A stretch of DNA of 35,230 bases from an uncultured Chroococcidiopsis sp. (GTDB taxonomy: Bacteria > Cyanobacteriota > Cyanobacteriia > Cyanobacteriales > Chroococcidiopsidaceae): contig CAXTYC010000045.1 in assembly GCA_964248365.1 (NCBI GenBank), positions 1-35,230 on the forward strand, written 5' to 3'. Both the position numbers and the translations under genes were made by a program. Below are positions 28,489-35,230 of the stretch, piece after piece (position 1 is the stretch's first letter; the number at the start of each line of letters is the position of its first letter). The notes under the pieces are model-generated. The model was not told the origin of the DNA and did not search any database. It worked only from the letters and a program-made list of their open reading frames with translations.

Positions 28489-28590
28489 GATCTTTCCTTG
28501 ATAAATTTGCTCATCCTCACCCCACACGCAGCATCTAATCTTGTCAATCTCAATTTCTGGCATTTTTATTCCTAACTGATGCCCTATCTA

Positions 28591-28622
28591 AATCATACTC
28601 GTATTGATTATGAGTTGCAACA
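28591..28622 (-). promoter_or_regulatory. Promoter with PerR/FurC-like box upstream of the SDR-QueA-like operon
   Basis: Minus strand TTGCAA-N17-TATGAT; 26/32 identical to 31377..31408. Confidence 0.65.
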
Positions 28623-28658
28623 GTTTGATAAAAATATATGAGAATAGCCTTCTTGCCT

Positions 28659-28688
28659 TGTAGAGACGCGACGTATCGCGTCTCTACA
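28659..28688. repeat. REP-like palindrome
   Basis: TGTAGAGACGCGA-CGTA-TCGCGTCTCTACA, a perfect 13-bp stem with GTAG foot. Confidence 0.8.
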
Positions 28689-28930
28689 TAAAGTAAATTA
28701 AAAGTCTCGCCTCTCATAGTCCTCTAAGAGAGGAATTTTGCTATTAGCCTGCAAATTGATTTGCACGCAGGTGATCGAGCAGATGCAAGATTTGAGAAGC
28801 TAACTGCAAATGAGTATCAATAACTATAAAAAATCAAGTCTTATTTAATATAGACTGCTCTCAGATATATCTATTCAAGGATTAGGAGATTAATATAAAA
28901 GGCGATCGCCAAGGTGAATGAGTTGCAGAC

Positions 28931-28974
28931 AAAAACAAAAAAGGTAACAGTGGAAAAACTCTACTGTTACCTTT
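28931..28974 (-). terminator. Rho-independent terminator after dps
   Basis: AAAGGTAACAGT...ACTGTTACCTTT stem followed by a U-tract on the minus strand. Confidence 0.8.
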
Positions 28975-29002
28975 CGTATTTACAAACTACCTATTAGATC
29001 AA

Positions 29003-29539
29003 CTACCGCACTGCGGCAACCTTTTCTAGCTCAGAATTGCCGCCATCGGAGTGAAGAGATTCTCCTTCGATGAAAGAACGCAACATCCATGCCATTTGTT
29101 CATGCCCTTCCATCAAACCAGTCAGGAAGTCTGCTGTACCCTCATCATGGAATTGTTCTGAGCAGCTATCCACGTGTTCGCGGAGGTTGCGGATGACTAG
29201 CTCGTGATCATCTACCAACTGCGCCACCATCTCGGTTGCTTGGGGAATATTGTTGCTTTGTTCTTTAATCGAACCATATTTCAAGAAACCTTCAGCTGTA
29301 CCGACTGGATAGCCACCCAAGGTACGAATACGCTCAGCAAGCTGATCAATGGTTTCTGTTAAGGCTTGATATTGCTCTTCCCACATTTGATGCAACGAAC
29401 GGAACTGTGGTCCTACTACATCCCAATGGAATTTTTTCGTTTTGATCAGCAATAAATAAGCATCTGATAAGTCACGATTTAACAATTCAATTACGCCTGC
29501 GCGTTGCTCTTGTGTTAAACCAATGTTTAGTTTACGCAT
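29003..29539 (-). CDS. dps: Dps family DNA-protection/ferritin-like protein
   Basis: FHWDVVGPQFRSLH..WEE and DQLAERIR.LG ferroxidase motifs. Confidence 0.95.
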   Translation of the reverse strand: MRKLNIGLTQEQRAGVIELLNRDLSDAYLLLIKTKKFHWDVVGPQFRSLHQMWEEQYQALTETIDQLAERIRTLGGYPVGTAEGFLKYGSIKEQSNNIPQATEMVAQLVDDHELVIRNLREHVDSCSEQFHDEGTADFLTGLMEGHEQMAWMLRSFIEGESLHSDGGNSELEKVAAVR

Positions 29540-29622
29540 ATTTTCTCTGTTGTTTTCTACTTCACCACTAGTGCAACAAATCTAAACAGCAAGAGACATC
29601 ATCCATAGGTGTGATTGTTCTG

Positions 29623-29717
29623 GGAGGCTGGGGAGAGTGGGGGAGTGGGAAATGAAGATTAAATATTCTGTCTTGTGTCTTGTGTCTCCTGTCTTCTGTC
29701 TTCTGTCTCCTGACTCC
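29623..29717. repeat. Composite repeat cassette
   Basis: G-rich tract, ATTAAATATT core, (TGTCTTC/TGTCTCC)n. Confidence 0.7.
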
Positions 29718-30368
29718 TCAAATTGGACTTACCTTGGCGCGATAGAGCAACTTATCTCCCCAGCGGTAGCCTGTATAACGCACCTTGACTGTTTCACCTG
29801 GTTGAGCAGTTCCCTCCATTAGTTGGTGTAGCTGGGGTTCATAAGGTAATTCTGCTCCAACTGGGGCGATCGCTTCCACACCCCATTGTTGCAATAATTG
29901 CTCAATTGGTCGCAGTAATGGCAACAATTTTACTGCTGCTAACTGCTGATTTTCCCGTGCTTTCTGAGCAGCTGTGGGCCATTGCAGTAACCAAGACTCC
30001 ATCACTTGCAGACTTTGCTGCTGGAATTCTTGCCCTAGTAATTGTCGTTGAGTATCCAGTTGCGCCTGTAATCTCTCGTACTCTCGTTTTAAATCAGCAA
30101 CTGCTTGTGATTCCTTCCCTAGTGCTGTTGTATCAAGTTCAACCGAGGAAAAAGTTACTACTAACTCTTTTATTGGCACATTTAGCGCCTGACTCAGCCC
30201 CAGCAGAACATCTAAACGCATCTGCCCTACCTCTCCCCGCCGCAGCCGCAACAACTGACGTTCGGAAACTCCCGCCATTTGGGAGAGGGCTTTATAACTA
30301 GAAACACCCACCCGCTGCATCAATTCTTGCAACGAGTGGGTGAAATCTGGCTGGGACACTTGAGTCAT
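29718..30368 (-). CDS. XRE-type HTH protein with coiled coil and GrpE-like C-terminal domain
   Basis: LSQMAGVSERQLLRLRRG HTH; C-terminal YEPQLHQ...VKVRYTGY...LLYRAKV resembles the GrpE head. Confidence 0.8.
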   Translation of the reverse strand: MTQVSQPDFTHSLQELMQRVGVSSYKALSQMAGVSERQLLRLRRGEVGQMRLDVLLGLSQALNVPIKELVVTFSSVELDTTALGKESQAVADLKREYERLQAQLDTQRQLLGQEFQQQSLQVMESWLLQWPTAAQKARENQQLAAVKLLPLLRPIEQLLQQWGVEAIAPVGAELPYEPQLHQLMEGTAQPGETVKVRYTGYRWGDKLLYRAKVSPI

Positions 30369-30377
30369 ACCGATGCG

Positions 30378-30538
30378 TAAAAGGGTAAAGGGTAAAGGGT
30401 AAAGGTAAAAGGGTAAAGGGAAAGGGGAAAAGGTAAAAGGGTAAAGGTAAAAGGGTAATTTCTCCCGACTCTCCCGACTCTCCCTCTGCCCCTGATTCCC
30501 CTGATTCCCCCTCTCCCTACTCCCTACTCCCTACTCCC
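30378..30538. repeat. STRR-type arrays (AAAGGGT)n and (CTCCCTA)n
   Basis: Directly visible tandem repeats filling the intergenic gap. Confidence 0.85.
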
Positions 30539-31030
30539 TTATTCTTCCAGCAAACTTCTGAGCATCCAAGCGTTCTTTTCATGGGTTTGCATCCGCTGAG
30601 TTAATAAATCAGCAGTGGGTTCGTCGTTTACCTGCTCAACAACGGGGAAAATCGATCTAGCAGTGCGTACTACGGCTTCTTGTCCTTCCACCAATAAGCG
30701 GATCATGTCTGTGGCTTTGGGAACACCTGGAGTTTCTGAAATTGAACTAAGCTTGGCATAATCGCTGTAAGTACCTGGTGCTGGATAGCCAAGCGCTCTA
30801 ATTCTCTCAGCAATCAAATCTACAGCTGTAGCTAGCTCTGTATACTGAGTCTCGAACAACAGATGCAATGTTTGGAACATTGGACCTGTAACGTTCCAGT
30901 GGAAGTTATGAGTCTTTAGATACAGCGTATAAGTGTCAGCTAGTACGTGAGACAGTCCGTCAGCAATTTGTTTGCGGTTTTCTTCGTCAATACCGATATT
31001 GATTGGCATTACTCTGTCTTGAGCTTGCAT
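30539..31030 (-). CDS. dps: Dps family protein (canonical type)
   Basis: [36 protein letters not shown]. Confidence 0.96.
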   Translation of the reverse strand: MQAQDRVMPINIGIDEENRKQIADGLSHVLADTYTLYLKTHNFHWNVTGPMFQTLHLLFETQYTELATAVDLIAERIRALGYPAPGTYSDYAKLSSISETPGVPKATDMIRLLVEGQEAVVRTARSIFPVVEQVNDEPTADLLTQRMQTHEKNAWMLRSLLEE

Positions 31031-31076
31031 ACTATTCTCCTGAAATTTGGGTAAAACTAGTCTATAAATGTCACAC

Positions 31077-31340
31077 TTAGGCTAGGTGCATCTTCAAAAC
31101 GGCGCGGGGAGCTTTACGAACTCTAGCAAGAATCGTCTCTTTACCCAAGCGCTGGCAAGCTTCGTATCTGTGACAGCCAGAAAAGCCGTAGTATTGTCCA
31201 TCTACTTCTAATACATCTATTGGCTCTTGCTGTCCGATCGCTTGAATTGATTCCATTAGCGCCGCTACCTTGTTCTGATCGTTCTGTCGCGGTAGCGGAC
31301 GGCGAATCTGATTCAGGGGAATCTCTTGTACCCTTATCAT
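31077..31340 (-). CDS. srxA: Sulfiredoxin
   Basis: ParB/Srx fold, PIDVL and the catalytic FSGCHRYEA motif. Confidence 0.93.
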   Translation of the reverse strand: MIRVQEIPLNQIRRPLPRQNDQNKVAALMESIQAIGQQEPIDVLEVDGQYYGFSGCHRYEACQRLGKETILARVRKAPRAVLKMHLA

Positions 31341-31376
31341 AGAGTATTTTGTTACTTACCTTTGTCTTTCTCTCTT

Positions 31377-31408
31377 AATCATACTCGTTATGACTTTAAA
31401 TTGCAACA
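31377..31408 (-). promoter_or_regulatory. Promoter with PerR/FurC-like box upstream of srxA-dps
   Basis: Minus strand TTGCAA-N17-TATGAT; inverted repeat TCATA-N5-TATGA; core TAAAGTCATAACGAGTATG. Confidence 0.72.
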
Positions 31409-31533
31409 TAAATTAGTATTTCTAGGGAAATAGAACCAAAGAAAGTTAAACTTGCTCAAGACATCAAGCATTAAGAACCCCGTGAACCCCGTGAGAAAAT
31501 GGATTCAAATTTCTTGACTTAAAAGGAAAAATT

Positions 31534-33192
31534 ATGGTTTTTATAAAAACCCACATATTACAAAAACCTCTATATTACTCAGCTCCCTCAGCTCCCCCAG
31601 CGGTCACAAAGAAAAGTATTAAACTAGGAACGATATTCTGTCTGACAACAATTTGTTGGCTAGGGTTGAGTGCGAAAGCTTTTGGGGCAACACTAGATAA
31701 TGATGTCAAATTAAAGATTGGAGTAGTGCAGCGGTTTGGGGATGAACCGACAGAAGAATTAAACCTGCAAGCAATACCAGGCGATCGCCTCAGCCTGAAG
31801 TTTAAAACCAATCAACAGCAAGATACGCAACTTACGGCTAGCAGTGTGAAGCTAGCCGTAGAGATGCAACCAACAGTCACACCAGTATTACAAGAGCGCG
31901 TTGTGCTAAGCACTCACCGCAGCTTTGAATCTGCTGAAGACGCTGCTATGAAATGGCGCTCTTTTGGCATAGAGGTAGAAATAGCCCAACCAGATAAATG
32001 GGAAGTGTGGGCGAAACGCCAGGTTTACAATACTCCCTTTCTCAGACGCTTGCTGTTAAGCAGCATAAAAATTAAAGGTAATAAAACTGCTTATTTAGAT
32101 AGCAAAATTTTGCAACAAGTACCAATAGTCAACTGGGAAGTAAATGGTAATCGCTACAGCACTAACGAGCTAGAAGTAACTTCTAGCCGCAACCTAATTC
32201 AGGTAAATCAAGGCGAGAGCGATCGCATGGGTATACTTTATCCTGGCGATCTGCGTCTGCAACCGAATGCCTATGGTACTTACACTTTAGTTAATGATGT
32301 ACCTTTAGAAGCTTATTTGCGGGGTGTTGTGCCGCACGAAATTGGTACAAAAGCACCATTAGCAGCGGTAGAGGCGCAAACTATCATAGCGCGAACATAT
32401 GCCCTGCGGAACTTACGCCGATTTGCCATCGACGGATATGAACTTTGTGCAGACACCCAATGCCAAGTTTACAAGGGTTTAAGTGGCACAGATCCGAAAA
32501 TAGATCGAGCGATTTTGGCAACTAGGGGAAAGGTGCTAACTTATGACAATCAGTTAGTTGATGCACTGTATTCTTCTACCACAGGTGGGATTACAGCTGC
32601 GTTTAGCGATGTTTGGAACGGTGCAAATCGACCTTACCTGCAACCCATCGTCGATGCAGCAAGTAATATTTGGAATCTGTCTAGTCAGAGTTTAGCTTCG
32701 GAAAACAATTTCCAGCAGTTTATCAAATTGCGACAAGGATTTAATGAAACTGGGGCGAGGATGTTTCGTTGGCGCTTTGAAAGCAGCATTGATCAAATCA
32801 CCCAAGATTTGCAGAAGTTTCTGGAGCAGAATAGAAGACAAGGCGCGAATTTTACCACTGTACAACAAATGCAGGTAGTCGAGCGATCGCCAGGTGGACG
32901 CATCCTTAAGTTAGCTGTACAAACTGACTCTGGTGAGATAATTTTAGAAAAAGACGAGATCCGCAGTGCCTTTTCTGCGCCAAGAAGCACCCTTTTTTAC
33001 CTAGAACCCCTGTTTAACCAAACTAAAGGACAAGAAAACACACTTTGGGGCTATGCTTTTGTGGGTGGTGGTTTAGGACATGGAGTAGGTTTGAGTCAAA
33101 TCGGCGCTTATGGTTTAGCTAATAAAGGTTGGTCAAGCGATCGCATTCTCAACTTTTACTACCCTGGTACTCAAATCCAGACACGTTTTTAG
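31534..33192 (+). CDS. SpoIID/LytB domain protein (putative lytic transglycosylase/amidase enhancer)
   Basis: LEAYLRGVVPHE, AQTIIARTYA, CADTQCQVYKG, GGGLGHGVGLSQ.GA, IL.FYYPGT. Start may be further downstream. Confidence 0.93.
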   Translation: MVFIKTHILQKPLYYSAPSAPPAVTKKSIKLGTIFCLTTICWLGLSAKAFGATLDNDVKLKIGVVQRFGDEPTEELNLQAIPGDRLSLKFKTNQQQDTQLTASSVKLAVEMQPTVTPVLQERVVLSTHRSFESAEDAAMKWRSFGIEVEIAQPDKWEVWAKRQVYNTPFLRRLLLSSIKIKGNKTAYLDSKILQQVPIVNWEVNGNRYSTNELEVTSSRNLIQVNQGESDRMGILYPGDLRLQPNAYGTYTLVNDVPLEAYLRGVVPHEIGTKAPLAAVEAQTIIARTYALRNLRRFAIDGYELCADTQCQVYKGLSGTDPKIDRAILATRGKVLTYDNQLVDALYSSTTGGITAAFSDVWNGANRPYLQPIVDAASNIWNLSSQSLASENNFQQFIKLRQGFNETGARMFRWRFESSIDQITQDLQKFLEQNRRQGANFTTVQQMQVVERSPGGRILKLAVQTDSGEIILEKDEIRSAFSAPRSTLFYLEPLFNQTKGQENTLWGYAFVGGGLGHGVGLSQIGAYGLANKGWSSDRILNFYYPGTQIQTRF

Positions 33193-33360
33193 CCCTATAC
33201 TTTTCTTTCTAACCACAGGCTGCTTCAATACCGCTACTGCACATAAAGTAATATTTGTCAAAGAGCAAAAATTCAGTCTTTTTTTATATTTCTGTTAGTG
33301 CATCACTTCATTGGGGATTAATAAATACAGAACAAGCTGTAGACATACTGAAGTGACACA

Positions 33361-33813
33361 ATGAAATTTCGCCGTATAAGTGCAACTATTACTGTTACTG
33401 TGATTTGTTTGATATCAGGTTTGCAAGAGGGTGCGATCGCCGCTGAACCTGATTACCTTTGCTTCTTGGCTACCAACAGAGGCGAAGTTGTAGACTTATC
33501 AGATTCAATCTGTCACTCGAAAAAATCTAAACTTGGAAATGGGACTAGTGACAAAGCGTTTATTGAAGAATACAAATACCAAGCAATGGGATATCCTGAT
33601 GTGCGTGATAATTTAATCGCGGGTATTCAAAGCTCACCAGAAAAAAACATTGAGCAGGCAAAAGCTATCTGCAATGATCTGAAATCAGGACTTACCCTGG
33701 ATGAAATACAACAAGATCAGGGGGCTGAAAATACCGAAAGAGCAAGTGTCGTTAAGGCAAATATTATCAGCGCCTTGGCTACCAAGTATTATTGCCCAGA
33801 GGTGAATCATTAA
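33361..33813 (+). CDS. Secreted hypothetical protein with DUF732-like C-terminus
   Basis: Signal peptide; C.....G.VVDL..IC motif; AICNDLKSG...ATKYYCP. Confidence 0.7.
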   Translation: MKFRRISATITVTVICLISGLQEGAIAAEPDYLCFLATNRGEVVDLSDSICHSKKSKLGNGTSDKAFIEEYKYQAMGYPDVRDNLIAGIQSSPEKNIEQAKAICNDLKSGLTLDEIQQDQGAENTERASVVKANIISALATKYYCPEVNH

Positions 33814-33913
33814 ACCTCTTAGCGCGCATCCAATCTTACTCGTAGAGTTAGGAGTTGTGGAGTTGTGAAGACCCACGAAGATCGTTGTGGAGTCAAAAGA
33901 CAGTGACTTGCAA

Positions 33914-33943
33914 TTGATAACTGATAACTGATAACTGGTAACT
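33914..33943. repeat. Heptamer repeats (TGATAAC)
   Basis: Directly visible. Confidence 0.65.
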
Positions 33944-33989
33944 GAAACAATTCTTTATCATGGGGGAAAGTTGATAATCTAACTTCTCA

Positions 33990-35171
33990 ATGCTCAGCCG
34001 TATTAAAGACATAGCGACAAAACTAGCGCCTCGCTTGATTGAAATTCGCCGCCATATTCATAGTCACCCAGAATTAAGCGCTCAAGAATATCAAACAGCT
34101 GCTTTCGTTGCAGGTGTTCTATCTTCTAGCGGTATTCACGTGCAAGAAGGGGTAGGTAAAACTGGCGTGGTTGGGGAAGTGCAAGGAAGTGGTAGCGATC
34201 ATCGCTTGCTGGCAATTCGCACTGATATGGATGCTTTGCCAATCCTAGAGCGTACCAGTCTTGACTATACATCAAAAGTACCTGGCATTATGCACGCCTG
34301 TGGTCATGATGTTCATACCACAGTTGGACTAGGTACGGCAATGGTACTAGCTCAACTAGCAGATGAATTGCCAGGAAATATCCGGTTTTTGTTCCAGCCA
34401 GCAGAGGAAATTGCTCAAGGAGCTAGCTGGATGGTTCAAGATGGGGTAATGGAAAATGTCTCGGCAATTCTATCTGTACACGTTTACCCTTCGATTCCAG
34501 CGGGAAAGGTAGGAATCCGCTATGGTGCATTGACAGCGGCAGCAGATGATCTTGAGATTATCATTGTAGGAGAATCAGGACACGGGGCGCGACCCCATGA
34601 GGCGATTGATGCAATTTGGATCGCTGCACAAGTAATTACTACGCTTCAACAAGCAATTAGCCGCACACAAAATCCTTTGCGTCCAGTAGTGTTGAGTATT
34701 GGGCAGATTAATGGTGGTAGAGCGCCAAATGTGATCGCCGATCAGGTAAAATTGCTAGGAACAGTGCGATCGCTCCATCCCCAAACCCGTACTGATTTAC
34801 CTGTTTGGATTGAAAAAATTGTCGCCAACGTCTGCCAGACTTACGGCGCTCATTATCAAGTTACCTACCGTCGTGGTACACCTGGAGTGCAAAATGACAT
34901 AGCTTTGTCCCAATTATTGCAGACAGCAGCCGAAGAAGCCTGGGGAAGCGATCGCATTCAAGTTCTAACTGAACCCTCCCTGGGGGCTGAAGATTTTTCC
35001 TTATACTTAGAACACGCACCAGGTAGTATGTTTCGCTTGGGAGTAGGTTACGAAGATAGAGCCATCAACTATCCGCTGCATCATCCCCTGTTTGAAGTAA
35101 ATGAATCTGCCATTGTCACTGGTGTTGTTACTCTTGCCTACAGTGCGTTTAAGTATTGGCATCACGCTTGA
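33990..35171 (+). CDS. M20D-family amidohydrolase (N-acyl-L-amino acid amidohydrolase-like)
   Basis: RRHIHSHPELS, RTDMDALP, MHACGHD, FQPAEE, GHGARPH, GAEDF. Confidence 0.95.
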   Translation: MLSRIKDIATKLAPRLIEIRRHIHSHPELSAQEYQTAAFVAGVLSSSGIHVQEGVGKTGVVGEVQGSGSDHRLLAIRTDMDALPILERTSLDYTSKVPGIMHACGHDVHTTVGLGTAMVLAQLADELPGNIRFLFQPAEEIAQGASWMVQDGVMENVSAILSVHVYPSIPAGKVGIRYGALTAAADDLEIIIVGESGHGARPHEAIDAIWIAAQVITTLQQAISRTQNPLRPVVLSIGQINGGRAPNVIADQVKLLGTVRSLHPQTRTDLPVWIEKIVANVCQTYGAHYQVTYRRGTPGVQNDIALSQLLQTAAEEAWGSDRIQVLTEPSLGAEDFSLYLEHAPGSMFRLGVGYEDRAINYPLHHPLFEVNESAIVTGVVTLAYSAFKYWHHA

Positions 35172-35175
35172 GAGG

Positions 35176-35230
35176 GGCTAGAGGCTAGAGGCTAGAGGCT
35201 AGAGGCTAGAGGCTAGAGGCTAGAGGCTAG
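35176..35230. repeat. Perfect heptamer array (GGCTAGA)n running off the window end
   Basis: About 8 perfect copies. Confidence 0.9.

Overview
Cyanobacterial chromosomal segment. More than 30 HIP1 octamers (GCGATCGC) are visible by eye, together with STRR-type heptamer repeats, chlD and gifA; it looks like a filamentous or Chroococcidiopsidales/Nostocales-type genome. From left to right: nested IS remnants (IS630-like end inside an IS5/IS1031-like end); a small gene frameshifted by a 26-nt element inserted into a HIP1 site; tRNA-Tyr/tRNA-Thr; an ABC exporter; rbp-rpsU (rpsU is missing from the ORF track); ffh-rpsP-khpA-phoH; NtcA-controlled gifA; an Nramp-like transporter with a degenerate PstS-like protein; chlD; a TetR/Coq4-like divergent pair; and a histidine kinase. 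Next comes a c-di-AMP (ydaO) riboswitch, split by a ~170-nt repeat cassette, in front of an orphan NrtB/NrtA/NrtD-like ABC importer plus a USP-like gene. This is followed by an oxidative-stress cluster (srxA-dps, HTH-GrpE-like, dps, SDR plus a divergent QueA-like gene), SpoIID/LytB and an M20 amidohydrolase. The best candidates for undescribed biology are (1) an SDR + non-canonical QueA-like operon whose promoter shares a 26/32-bp PerR/FurC-like motif with the sulfiredoxin-dps promoter, and (2) the repeat-interrupted c-di-AMP riboswitch controlling an ABC importer of unknown substrate. All calls come from manual motif recognition; no database searches were run.
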